DNA of 64,000 nucleotides from positions 75,268,001 to 75,332,000 of the forward strand of contig OX638151.1 of NCBI GenBank assembly GCA_951804945.1, in the 5' to 3' direction. The notes under the pieces were generated by a model, which saw only the letters and a program-made list of their open reading frames with translations, was not told the origin of the DNA and ran no database searches. How positions within the stretch are numbered: position 1 is the stretch's first letter; every line of letters begins with the position of its first letter. Of this stretch, positions 13,821 to 26,900 are shown in pieces. Made by a program: the position numbers and the translations under genes. The stretch is from Podarcis cretensis (lineage: Eukaryota).

Positions 13821-14057
13821 CTGATCAGGGAGGAGAGAATGAGAACCTTAGAAGAAAGGTGGTAGTTTGCTCTTTGAAAATGCATAAGTAATTATGAAAA
13901 AGTGTCATCCAGTCTTTTTACTTTTTCATTTATCTCCATTTAGAAAACCACAACTGACAGCAACAAACAGTTGTGTGTTCCAGTCGTGTGCTCAAGTCTG
14001 CTTCAATGTTATTTTGCACCCAAGTCATGATCTCATTGTATACTAATTGTGACATAC

Positions 14058-14186
14058 CTGACATTCATGGGGCTTTTCTCCTGTGTGTACCAGATAGTGC
14101 TTTTGGAGGTGAGCCAGCTGAGTGAATCCTTTATTGCAAGTAGTACATTTGAATGGTCTTTCTCCACTGTGTACTCGAAGGTGAAC
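14058..14186 (-). CDS. PRDM1: PRDM1 exon 6 (129 nt; [43 protein letters not shown]), zinc fingers
   Basis: Translated by hand; aag| acceptor, CAG|gtatgt donor, phase 0/0. Confidence 0.97.
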
Positions 14187-14817
14187 CTTTTAAGAAACAG
14201 AACATTTATTATACTTTAGTAATAGCTTCCAAGATAGTGTGTTAAATATCCTAATCTAATTGTTGAGTATCTAAAATACCAGGCACTGTTGCTTTTATTA
14301 CTTTTGCCCAAAGTTGCACAATATACAGTTAACTTGGATAGGCTTTAAAAAAGGCTCCCTAAAAAGTACGTTTTTTTTAAAATGCAGCAGTGGAACTGTT
14401 CTCTAAGTTTCTAGGGATATTTTGCACTTATTGATGATCCAACGAAGAACACAAATTAAATCTGGCTATTCCATGGATGCTCTCACTTAGCAGTTATCAG
14501 AACAAAAGCCCCACAAGGAATGAGAATGAAAAGATTATGTCCACTACATGCTAAAATCAACTTGTTCAATTGTTGCAGGGAGTTATCATTTGAAAATGTC
14601 AAAAGGTAATTAAACCTCAAAGGTTTATTAAACCTCAAAAGTTATTACCACAATATCAAGATACTATACTAAAACCAACATAGGTGATTAAAGCCTAGAA
14701 GAAACAGGTGCTTAAGAAAGACTTTCCAGAGAGACAGTAACCAGATTAGTTTGGGGTTTTGTTTGTTTGTTTGTTTATTTGTTTGTCTAGAAATGATATT
14801 TTCCTTCAAAGGCCTAC

Positions 14818-15863
14818 CTTCAAATTAGAGAGCTGACCAAAGGTTTTGGAGCAGACATTGCATTCATACTTTATTTTCCCATTCTGTTTCTTCAGTGGGT
14901 ATGGGAGGGTTTTGTAACCAGTCATGTTTCGCTTGCTCTTGATAAGATTCATGGCTTCTTCACTGCTGGTGGCAGCCAACACTGCTGAGGTAGGTTTAGG
15001 TTGCATTATGTGTTCTGAAGTGGCCGCTGTGCCAGCTGTGGGCGATCCACTACTTGGGCTACATGGCTTGTCCTTCATACTGGCAGCTGCCCCTGTGATA
15101 GAGAAGGCACTGTTATGTGCAGGGATGAGGAAGTCCCTTGGATGGTCAGGTTGCAGCAGCTGTCGGCTTCCATCAGATGGCAAGGAACTTGGAAGTCCTG
15201 GAGAGGAGTTCAGCATATGATTGGGGATGCTTCCTCCACTGAGTAGGCTGCTGTAGAAAGGATACATCCTTGGAAAGAGGTTGAAATTGTTGATGCTCAT
15301 GCCATATGGTGGTAATAAAAATTTGTGGTAGGGAAAGGCTTGTGGGAGATGGCTTGAAGGTGCATACCCAGAATATGCCCCTAATCCTTCTGAGTTATAG
15401 AGTCCATTCAAGTAAGGATAAGGTTCTCTGTGCTCTTGAGTCATAGAAGCTAGGGGTGAGACTGTAACTGGGCTGCTGTGAGGGCTTGAGCTTTTCAAAC
15501 TTTGGTCTGGACTACTTCTTGCTGAGGGGCTTGGTGTGGTAGAAGACTGGATAGGTGAGTGGGCAATGTAACTTGGCCTCTCAATCCTATAAGCCTTCAG
15601 GTAATCTTCAGGGATGGGCGGTCGGATTGGGTAGACAATACGAGGATAGAAAGGCTTTTCAGGACTACAATTTTTTCTCAAGCCCTCCAAGTCTTTTTCT
15701 TGAGTATGTGGATAAATGTGGCTATAAAATAATTCCTTTCCTTTGGGATTACTGGAATCAGTTTTCAGGATTTCCTTCACACTGTGCTCTCTTCTGGGAA
15801 CAGTTTTTAGATAAAGTTCATCTTTGTCATTAGCTGGCTGCTTTGGATTAACATGGCTTTGTG
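14818..15863 (-). CDS. PRDM1: PRDM1 exon 5 (1046 nt; Pro/Ser-rich repression region and start of zinc finger 1)
   Basis: ORF 14806..15885; atttcag|CA acceptor (phase 1 matches exon 4), AAG|gtagg donor; [34 protein letters not shown]. Confidence 0.97.
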
Positions 15864-16371
15864 CTGAAATATAAAAACATGGCAATGAATTTTTAAGGCC
15901 AGTAAAGACAATTTACAGACATTGGTCATTAGCCTCTGCCTTAAAACACACATATAAATAGTCATTCCTAGGTATTTGCATTGGTGGGAGGACTAGCACA
16001 GCATTATACTCAACAGAAATAAACTCAGTAGCTACTTATTAAATCCTGGGTGATTATCATGATCCAGTCGGTTCATTTCTGCTACATTTGTTCTAGTCTC
16101 ACCTTTCTTGTATATTATTGGATTAAACTGATTACAGAAAACACAGTAGCACCTGATGCATACTTTGTAGATAACAAGGCAGCTTACTATATACCTTTCT
16201 AAGGCAAAAGGATTTGGCTGTTCCAGCTCCTTCGACTGCTTCTAACGAAAACAAACAAGTTTCAACACTCATCACTTTAAAAGGTGACTGAGTGCCTTGC
16301 AGTCATGCATGAATAACAGAACTATGGATGAGACACACAAGAGGTGCTTCTAAAAGCAAAAAAAGACTATT

Positions 16372-16470
16372 GTAGCTCCTTAAAGACTTCGTTGATTTAG
16401 CTAATAATTTTGTAAAATTTATTGTAGCATGAACTTCTGTGGACTCATACCCACTTCCTCAGATGCAGGA
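16372..16470. mobile_element. Old Penelope-like remnant
   Basis: gtagctccttaaagac...cccacttcctcagatgc resembles the arm of the 29478 element. Confidence 0.5.
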
Positions 16471-17040
16471 AATGAAATCTTACTAGGCAGGTATACATAA
16501 AAGAGAAAATTGAAAGGTGGGAACTGAATGGTAATAAGATGCAAAAATTACAATCAGTGATAATCAGAGCTTAAACAAATATTAAGTAGGCACACCTTTT
16601 ACAGTAGCAGATTGGTGATAATTGCTTCAACATTGCTAACTACATTAAAACTTGTAGTGAGCCAAAATACCATTCTCAAATATACAAAAATACCATTCTC
16701 AAATATACTGTCACTGGTAAACTAATTAACACATGTAGTGTGATATATAACCCCAAAAGGTTATATATTGAACTACTTGGTTCAGTTGTTACTGTTACTC
16801 TTGTCCAAAATCTAACATTTTGAATTAGGCTTCATACCTAGTAATCCACACAACAACCCTGTGGGCCAGTAAATGACTGGCCCAAGTTCATCCAATGAAC
16901 GTCAAGACTGCGTGGGGATTTGGTCTCGCTTGATCTCCCATGCCCTAGTCTAATACTCTAACCACTACACAACACTTGGTCTAGAGTTTGCTAGTTCCAC
17001 ATTTTCCTAGAGGCATTGGGGGGGGGGGGAGTTATCTTCC

Positions 17041-17099
17041 TATTTTATTTTATTTTATTTTATTTTATTTTATTTTATTTTATTTTATTTTATTTTATT
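17041..17099 (+). repeat. (TATTT)n microsatellite
   Basis: Direct reading. Confidence 0.95.
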
Positions 17100-18432
17100 G
17101 CTTTTGATCAGCTAGCTCTTCATTAAGCCAGCAACTTAGAAAAAAATTCAGAGGAACATATCAGAGGAACAGATGAAAAGTGATGTGTGTATGCCCACAT
17201 GCATAGCAGAAGAATGGAGTAGTCGATGTGGAGCTATTAGACAGACAGTCTGCCATGCTCCTATCAGCCTTCTGGCAAAGTCTTGTCAGAAAGGCAAGAA
17301 GTTAAAATTGTCATTTGTGGTGGTGGTGGTGGTGGTATACACACCCACCCACCCACCTACCCCAAGATAAATATCAGAGAGAAACACAACACTCTTAGAT
17401 AAGTTACAGGAACCAGAGCACGTTTCTGCTGGTTCACATACTGGTCCAGTATGTTCACGCTACATGCAGTGAAGTACTGAAGTGAGTCTTTTGTGGTCCC
17501 TTCACAAGATAAAGTTCAGCATCATTTGTGCAAAAATCCTTATTAAGCCTACATCCTCGCCTATAAAAAGCACCTGCTTCCTGCACTCCACAGACTTCAT
17601 AAACTAAATTTAAGCCATGGTTTCTACGAGTTTTCACTCTAGGCCAAAAAAATGCTGTTCCTTGTCTTAATACATACAGATCAACTGTAAGGTTAGCATA
17701 TCTTCATCACAAGTTACACCCAATCTGAGGGGCATTTTTACCAATATAGCCACTTAGTGCTCAATGAAACAACATAAATGGCAAATGTATAGTGAATCAT
17801 TTTATGCCCAGATCTAGTTTAAAGAACCTTTCTTTTGTGGACCTCCTAGTAGTTGCCTGAGAGATTTAATTCTAATTCTTTCCCCTGAGACCTTGAAAAA
17901 TAGCTGTGGGCGTGCAGAGTAATTTCTTGAGTAAATGCTGCTGAACATTTTGAGTAGTGGATTTTAATAATGCTGATTCACATTTTTGTTCTAAATAAGG
18001 CACCTGTTTTGTGAGATGAATGAGAACCTAGAAGTTCTGAGGTAAAAGAATTTCCAGACAACCTAAGAATGGAGATGATGTTTATCATGACATCATTCAT
18101 GACCCATTTAGAAACAAATTACGTTCACAACAAATTCTGCTGAGGTGTTTGGCCATGATCTAGAACCACCATGAGTGTGCTGGGTGACCTACTCTGGTTA
18201 CCAGGAGGGTGTCATCCCTGTGGTCCTGATCCAGGTAGAGGCCCCCAATTTGCAGCCTTCAATTTGCAGAGGGGGCGGGGAAAGCTACTATCTTCTCGTG
18301 TCAAGGCCCTAAATTATAGCAAACTTCATGATAAATTTTGTGTGTAGTTTGGCCCATTCTGCAGGTATAATGCATATTTTAGACACACACCAAAGACATT
18401 ATTTGCATGTAAGTCTGCTGTAATCTACTTAC

Positions 18433-18682
18433 TTATATTCATCACCAGGTCTCCAGTGGAAGGATAGTGTAACCTTTCCGCAAAGTCCCGGCAATACCAC
18501 ACGAGCAATTCCTGGCCAGGTGGTATGGGTTTGATAGTATAAAAGTAGACATCCATTCCATTCTGACAAGCAGCCAAGTTCTGCTCCTGAACAGAATGTG
18601 CTGGGTTTACATAACGCATCCAATTGCTCTTTTCCTCATTGAATCCATCAATGAAGTGGAGAAGCTCACCACCAGAATATAT
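18433..18682 (-). CDS. PRDM1: PRDM1 exon 4 (250 nt; [30 protein letters not shown]...[17 protein letters not shown]), PR/SET domain
   Basis: Within ORF 18425..18751; ttccag| acceptor, A|gtaagt donor (phase 1); NWMRYVN and ELLVWY PR-domain motifs. Confidence 0.97.
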
Positions 18683-20235
18683 CTGGAAAGAATGGAAGAT
18701 AGAAATGTAAGGTATAAATGGAAAATAACCCTTTTTTTTAAAAAAAGGCAATGAAACATACTACTGGATGGTAAGTACCCTTTATAGAATGTAGGAGATC
18801 ATCCAAATGGAATATACTTTGTAACTTTTTTTCTGATGCCATGTGTTATTTTGATGCTTAGCATTCAAATGAAAGCATGCTATTTAAAAGTTCAGTATTC
18901 AGTGCCTCTGCTTTAAGACTCTTGGACTGCTGGTCAACAAGTGGGTGGTATTATTGACTTAAGGTCTGACTGTGTGCTTGCAATAATGTGGTGAGTCACT
19001 TTTGTAAAGACTGATTAGCATGGTTATGTCACAACCAATTCCTTGCCCTTGTCTCTCTCTCTCCCCCCCCTTATGGCCTCTTTACTTGCTGTTTCCTACC
19101 ATCACCACCCAAAGCTTTAAGCTACGCAAATATCAACCACCCCAAAGTCCTAAAGTGACACTTGAGCATACTTGGAATGTAGCCCTTTTGTTAAAGGGCT
19201 GGTGGGGTAAAGTGAACTGTATTTCGTATATCTAACAGGAGATCTGGAAGCGGGCCAGATTGTGACAGCAAGAGAAATATTTTTCTCTCTCAGCTGGTAT
19301 GTTTGAGAAAATATAACTCTACAGCATGTGATATATCCTTGTTTTCCAGTGTGCATCTGAGAACATGAAAGTGAATATAGAAAATCCATGACAAAGCTGT
19401 ACCTGTAGACTAGTGTAACCTTGCTTTCAGTTTACCACTGAAACTATGGCATAGTTAACTATAGTTAACTGGTAACTATAAGGTTGTGAGGTTTTTTTTA
19501 AAAAAAGTTTCACAAGTCATCATGTTCAAATAGGAAATATTTGTTTTTTTCCTCTTTCCTGCCTTGTTCCAAAGGGCTCTGGGCCAGTGACAATATGCAT
19601 CCTTGTTTCATTTTACTTAAAAATAAAATCCCCATGAAGTAAGTTAAGTGTCATAGATTAGTGTAATGACTGAGATAGAATTTCAGTTTGGTTTTCCCAT
19701 GTCCGAATGCAATGTTGCACCATTTCCCTGTGCTTTTTGACATGCACGTTCAATTTCTTCTGAATGCTGTTTGATGTAAGAATCGACTGAGAAGTCATTA
19801 AAAAAAAAGCAGCAACAAAAGCTGGCCTTTTAACACAGGCAGTAAACACCAGAATCACTTTCTTACTTCCTGTCATTTGAGGCTGAGGAAATACATGTGG
19901 CTTCATCAAAGAAGCTTGAGAGATTTTGCGGTGTTTTTGTTATGAGAAAGATGGAACAAAGCCTGAAGAATTATGCACTCAAGAGGAGTTTGTTAGCTCC
20001 GATTTGCAAGCTTCCAGGAACTGAGTTCCATTGATGTACACTTCTATTACAGATAGAAACTACTTTCCGAAGTTAGACCAAGTGACTTCCAGTCATCTTT
20101 CCAGAGCTAGTAGAATTTACTGTATTGCTTTCTTCAAAACACACACATCTCACTGCAGTAAGATCGAATGGCCTCGTAAAACTTTATTTTGCCACCTCAC
20201 CAGATTTCCGTGTATCGTGTGGAAGATTAAAAATG

Positions 20236-20246
20236 TGCTGAGTCAT
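20236..20246 (+). promoter_or_regulatory. Consensus BACH/NF-E2-sMAF site TGCTGAGTCAT in intron 3
   Basis: Exact 11-nt consensus match; a STAT GAS site TTCCAGGAA lies at 20012-20020. Confidence 0.45.
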
Positions 20247-22361
20247 ACTGTAGCAATTACAAGAAATGACATCACCCTGGAGTTTGCACAGCATATTCAT
20301 GCCTTCTCTTTTTAGAGGGTATATTTTGAATGGAACATTTATGCTTACATACAACAGATGTTCCTGTTCCTGCCAGCCAAATCAGGATGTCTTTTATATG
20401 ACATGTGGGAAATTATCTTCCACAATTTCCTTTGCATGTGCAAGACTGTTTTCAGGCCCTTAGGAAAGAACCTTTTCTACTTGGAGAGTGTGTGAAGCAA
20501 AAGAATAAACAAAAGTAAATACCAAGACTTTTCAGAAGGCACATAACACAAGCATGATGTTAGCTTCCTCAATGAAAGTCTGGAATAACATCCTGTTACA
20601 TAGTCAGAATCCTCCTGTAAAATTTGTTTAATTACTTAAATGTGCTAATGACTAGTCTGAAAGCATGCATGCTTCTAGGGTGAGGCCACAATATTTTCCT
20701 GCCTGAGATGAAGGAAAAAATGGCACCCTACTCCATTCCATGTACTGACGCATGGCATACAAAAGTCTACCCTTCAACACCTCACCACTGCTCTCTGCCC
20801 CTTAGCAACTGCCGCCTAAGGCTGCTGCCTTACTCTGTCTAATGGTAGGGCCAGCTCTGCACCCTTCTTTAGTTCTCCTGATGTGAGTACTGAAAGGACT
20901 TGATGACAGATGCCAACTGGCATCTCCCAGTGCATGAGATTCCTTAAAGTGTATTTTATTGAAAAAATACTAATAGTTAAGGAGAACAGAGAGTCAAGTC
21001 ACACTTGTTTCTATTGAATCATTAAGATGTAACAAAGGAAAACATGGAAACAATGTTTAAACGGCCAGCTTTCAGAATGACATGTGATGTTGGAATGATC
21101 TGATACGTGGCAAACACTCAGATGCAGCAGGACAGTTTCCTGCTGCCGCCACACAAAGGTTTAAGCTATGCAACTATCCCCCACCCTGAATCCTAAATTA
21201 AAACTTATTTGTACTTGGAATGCAGCCCTTTTGTTGAAGGATTGGGTTGGGTAAAGTGCATTGAAGTTGGTATACTTTAGTAAGCCTCTAGAATGGAAGA
21301 AACCTGACAGCTTTGCCATTAGACACTCGTGTCTTTGGTACTTTTCTTCCTGCAGCCTTTAAAAAAAAGAATGATGTGTGTTGTTGTTGTTTTTTAAAAG
21401 CTAAATTCTTTTTATAATATTTATTGCGCTAAGAAGTGACATCTTGCCTAAGGCATTACAGAGGCACATATCTGATATTTTAGCCCAGGGATGGGGAATG
21501 TCTGGCTTTCTGGATGTGTTTCCGTTCTAACTCCCATCAGTCCTGCCATAGCCAGTGGTCATGGATGGTGGGAGTTGTAGTCCAACAACTTCTGAATTTT
21601 TAACCTTACAACAATCCTGTGAGGCAAATTAGATGAAGACAGGTGTAGCCTACATTATGTCTCCAGATATTGTTGGACTACAGCTCCCATCATTGGTCAT
21701 GCTGGCTGCAGCTCTTGGAAGATGGAAGTCCAACAATATCTGAAGGGCACCACATTGCCTTCCCCTGGATTAAGAGACAGGGCCTTGCTCAAAACTATCT
21801 GGTCAGTGAGTGTCCAAGCCCAGTACTCCAGCCAGGAAGTGCTATTTCCCTTTATCACAACTATTAAATAAGGGCATCTTGAGACAACAGGCTTGGCAGC
21901 ATTTTAGGAAGTGGCCCTACTAACTTGTGCAATGGAAGACAATTACAATAGTTCAGTACTTCAAAAAGTAATTCATCACAGAGTATGAGATTGAGAAATA
22001 TTACTAATTAGTCTGAGAAACATTCTAGGGTAAGGTTCATAGTGAAATTAAGGGACAGATGATTTAAAAAAACAACAACTGGCACTGTATAGGATTGTGA
22101 ATCAGCAAGCTTTAAAAAAATCTGATCTAACAATGAAGTATTGTAGGACAAATAAAAAAGATGCTTTCTATCATTCTCAGTTCACTCACTCAGTTGTATT
22201 TCACTCAGCGTATGTTCACTCAGTTCACCTGTATTTCTGTTAACATATTGCCACCTCAACCATCACAACTTAAGCAGGTGTCAGCACTGAAGTGTGGTTT
22301 CTTTTCAGTGGTGCTTATTTAACGAACCATTTACGCATAACCATTAGTTTTTCCTACTTAC

Positions 22362-22481
22362 CCGCCAAAAATACTTCCTGTTTGCATCCTTAGGAACTGT
22401 GCCATTGGTATAGATTTCACCAACCAAGGGTCCAAAGCGTGTTCCTTTGGGGATAATGTCTTTGCTAATAACTCCAATAAC
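22362..22481 (-). CDS. PRDM1: PRDM1 exon 3 (120 nt; [40 protein letters not shown]), PR/SET domain
   Basis: Translated by hand (not in the ORF track); tttcag| acceptor, |gtaagt donor, phase 0/0. Confidence 0.96.
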
Positions 22482-23079
22482 CTGAAAGGAAAAGAGCACA
22501 TGTCAAACCATTTAAATAAGTTTATGCGTTCACACAGGAAAAACAGATTGATACAAAAGTGCCCTACACTGTTATTACAGGGAAGCAGTCAATGTAAAGG
22601 CAAGGGATCCCCCACCCTCCTTTGTCTCTAGAGTGGGATTTATTTCAGCACTTAGTGATGTTGCAAAACTATAATCTTTTGGAAATAACACATACTAAAA
22701 AGCATTGCAAAGGTGAGTAGAATTTGTTTATCTGTTTCTGTGATCACCTGACAGTATGACATGAGTACTGGCTCACTCTCAAAGAACTTATAGGTGAATG
22801 AACTATAAAAGTGGCCTTAGGAGATTAGAGAGAGAAAAAGCTGAGAAACACTGGTGACCAATGGTCTAACTGCCTGATTTTTGCATGGAAGAACTCAGAA
22901 CTTGAATGCGACATTGAGATGCAATTATCACATGCTATAATACCCATTAAAAAATGAAATTTCTGTGGAGAAATAGAGTCCAATAAAGCCTGCAGACATG
23001 ACATTTGAAATCTACCTTGCTAGTTACATATTTATGTTTATAGTCCTGGAATTCTGATGACACCCAGCCCTGTTTCTTT

Positions 23080-23991
23080 GTTAATTTGAGTCAGGTGTCA
23101 CAGTGCAGGTCCTGAACCAGTTCTTGGATGCGGTGGTGGGCGGGATGAGGGCCAATAAAAGCTGGAGTGGAATCCTAACAAGATGGAGGCTCTGCAGGTG
23201 AGTGGTTCATGGATTCAGGATCTGGGCCTGGCTAGAGTTGCACATCCCTGAAGTAGATGTTTTATAGCATGGGGTGCTTCTTGATCTTTGTCACTGGAGG
23301 CTCAGGTGACTTTGCTGGTCCAGAGTGCTGGTTACCACTTTTGGCTTGTGTACCAGCTATGCTCTTTCCTGGACAGAGTCACCCATGCACTAATAATAGC
23401 CTCTGGATTGAATTATTGCAATGTGCTCTATATGAAACTGCCCTTACAGTTGGTATGGAATCAGCAGCTAGTGCAAAATGTGGCAGCTAGGATACTTAGT
23501 GGAGCTTCCCCACATTGCATCTGTGCTAAAAGGCACTGGCTGCCAATTCACTACTGAACCAAATGTAAGGTTTTGTCACTGACTTGTAAGGCCCTGAAAT
23601 GTTTAGGACCAGGATCTCTGACAGAGTGCCTCGTTCCTTCTGCACATTTCAGTCCGTTCACAGAGATCGTAGGAGGATGCCCTTCCAATTTCACTGTGCC
23701 CATTAGAAATGCATCTGGTGGTGACCTGAGAAAGGGTTTCTCTGCAGTGGCCCCCATGCTGTGGAATAAGCTCTCCTTAGAGACATGGTGGGCATCTGCA
23801 ATGGTGGTATTCTACCAGTTCCTGAAGATATATCTATTTGTGAGGTCATTTCCGAGAAGCGATTTCTTATAACAGCTCTATTAGAATATCAGTGGTATTT
23901 CTGTTTTAATGTCTGTTTTGTTGCTTTTATCTTATAAACTCCTTGTTGTTTTACAGTGAAAGGCAGTATATAAATGTTGAAATAAATAAAT
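23080..23991 (+). mobile_element. L2 LINE 3' fragment in intron 2
   Basis: VTHALIIASGLNYCNVLYMKLPL...QLVQNVAARIL...HWLPI and FSAVAPMLWNKL are L2 ORF2 C-terminal motifs; aaataaataaa tail. Confidence 0.88.
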
Positions 23992-26900
23992 GTGCTCTAC
24001 CCAGTGAGCATAAATAAATCTTACACCAAATGTGTCTTAAATCTAAATAGTATAGTCACTGATCATCTTTGGGTGCAGATCTTTAACTTTCTTGATGTGG
24101 ATATGATCAAGGAAAAACAGAGTCACTATGGGAAGTGTAAAATATACTAGCACTTCAGCTTCCTCCTTACCAGTAATTAAACCATGCACCCCAAAACAGG
24201 AATAAGGTCATTATTTATCAGAAAGGCATGCCTGTCAGTATCTCCTTTACAATACAGTGCTTAAGTAAAGGGGCTTTCCTCTCATTCTTTTCACCTCCAC
24301 TAAGCCTGCTAAATTTTAATTTGCTCTCTATATTGTATATACCAACAGAGTCAGTAAACTAGGAAACATGAATAAGGACTTCAAAATACTGGTGTCTGCA
24401 GCTTGAATGGAAAGTGGGGGATGAATATAAGACATTTGTTCCACAGACTTAGTAAACATTCATGTTAAAGCTAATGAGTCATGTTCTTCTCACATTACTA
24501 ACTAGTTTCATTATGTCTGCCAAAATAATGAAAGGACAAAATTGCATTATGGATCCACTGTACTTAACTTGAAAATAGGCATATTAACTACAACGTAACA
24601 TCCCAGTATGGCCTCTCCCTTTACTCAAGTCTACAGTGCTTAAATTACAGTGTGCAATTATTAGTGAATGTAATATATTCAATATTTTGCAAAATTAACT
24701 AGCTTTTGAGCCACAGTTACTATCTACTGTTTTTATACTGGAAGACTGGAGGCAACTCTCTTGCTTTATTTTATTTTTATTTATGGAAAGGATTATTGCT
24801 TCATGGGCAGGCAGCAAAGGTTTAACTTTCTACATCCTTCCCGTGCCTGTAACTATCTTCCACCTGGTCTTTGAAGAACTTATTCAGAAACGAACACATC
24901 TCTTAAGTATTCAGATATGTTACACTAAACGTTTTCAGATAAAGGACATCTAGCTGCTTGAGTCTATAATTAGCATTATTCAACTGATCATACTGTTGCC
25001 AACCTTCCTGCTTTGCCAATTCTTTGTGCTGACACCCCCCCCCCCACTAAATACTCCACAGTCTACCAGCTAAACTCTTGAGGCCCTGTCTCTACTACAG
25101 AAACATAATTTTACTGGTATGGCTTCTCAAAAAATTATGAGAATTGTAGTTGCACGATGCCTGAGACTTCTCTGATAGAAGTCCCTGCCCTTCCTGCAAA
25201 ACTACAATTGTTAGCATTCTCTGTTACAGCAGTTTACGTCGGCAGAGTGGAAATACCCTTAACAGAACAGAACAAGAACAAACACTGAAATGTAGGATTC
25301 TGCCTGCCATGACTCTGACTGGAGAGTTTGTAGCTATTGTTTCATGTATGTTTTCAAAGTCTTTTTTTTTTAAAGTCAAACCAGTTGTGCATCTGCACTG
25401 AAAACAGAATGAACAGGGACTTTCAAAAACAAGTAGAAACATGCCTAATGACTGTGTTTATTTTTGTCATTCCCATGCATTTTTCATAGAGAGGTGAAAA
25501 AGGCAGATGTTCTTCTTGCTTTCCCCATCTTTCTTGATTTACATTCTGTTAAACTTTCAAGAAAAGTTCACAGCCAGCATACGACGTGTACTTGCAGTTT
25601 GAACGTAAGATAGGTCTTTGCTCTTAATGCAGTTAATACACATACACATACACTCTGATATCTTTTAAGTTTAATTCAAAGTATACTGAGGTTTTCAGAA
25701 CGTCTAGGAATCAGTATTACTTGGAACTTGTCAAATAGAAACAGTTTGGGGATTTTTGTACAGTCATTCAAAGCCTGCATGCCCCAACAGTATTTTATAC
25801 TTTGCACTATGCCCTTTGGAAAGATGACTGTGTGATATCATATTCCCATAGTGTGTGCATATGGAGGAGGGAATAGGCAGCAAATAGGTGAGTTAAGCCT
25901 ATTGGTGGCAAGGGAAATGAGGACAGAGTAGAATGTTTGCATCTTGCTCAGAACCCTTGCCAATTTAGACCATACTGCCTGAAGGGTGCAAACTCTAAAC
26001 AGAAAGGAAACACACAACCTTCCCAGATTTTTTCCTTTTAAAAAATCCCATCCTATAAAAGCTTCTCAGGTGGTAGATTATTGCTTGAAGCAGAAAAAGG
26101 TGAACGAGAGAGAGAGGGAGAAAGCTGTGTCACTTTTTGCCATTCACTTCAAGGGCGGTAACCAGCAGGTGCCCTTTACAGTTGCATGGCATTCCAGAGA
26201 GAAAGACAGTACCATCAATGTGTTTTCTGAGAGGGAAAAGCAATACAAGTGTATCCAGGGCTGGGAAAGTGTGCATCAGAAAGATGCATGAAAAACGTCT
26301 TGTCGGCAAAGGCCTATTTTACTAGCTTCTGTGATACCTTGTTACCACAATATTTACTGTAAACAGCACGTACCTCTTTCACAATATGCAGAATATTGTC
26401 ATAGTTCATTAACCAGTAATTAAGCAGACGTTTTAACAAATATATTTTAGAACAGCTATATCTAAATTGTGGTTTCTAGGGATTTAACAACAGGGAAAAG
26501 CTTATAGTACTAAAACAGAGATTCTGAATGTTACAGTACTTCTGTATACACCCAAATTTCTGCCCAAACTGGGGAAAAGACTTTGGCTGGGCTTCACAAG
26601 AAAGTTCATATCATGATGAATTGGCCTATTTCATGACCATATTATTGTTATTAGTCATCACACAGGCCTTAGGTTGTACACAAACACCAGAAAAATACTC
26701 CCATTACAAACCAAAAGACAGAAATTGAAGTTAATTAGGCCTTATTGGCTACTCCAGGCATAAACTGACATTTCACACTTGTCCACAAGGTGTCATTAGG
26801 CACACCTGTTTTATAAATGACACTGTACAAACTGAGAACATCAAATATATGACAGACCCTGTAAAAACTATATAGGTGGCTCTTATGAATGTTAAAAACC

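Noticed and set aside
14400-14620. Possible BCL6 and MARE sites in intron 5 (tttctaggga; tcacttagca)
   Set aside because: Only partial consensus matches; orthology to the described mouse intron 5 elements cannot be established from this sequence alone.
14924-15833. Plus-strand ORFs opposite exon 5
   Set aside because: Antisense shadows of the PRDM1 coding sequence.
18683-19100. Search for a PRDM1-beta alternative first exon (MEK- start in human)
   Set aside because: I found no convincing ATG plus splice donor on the minus strand.
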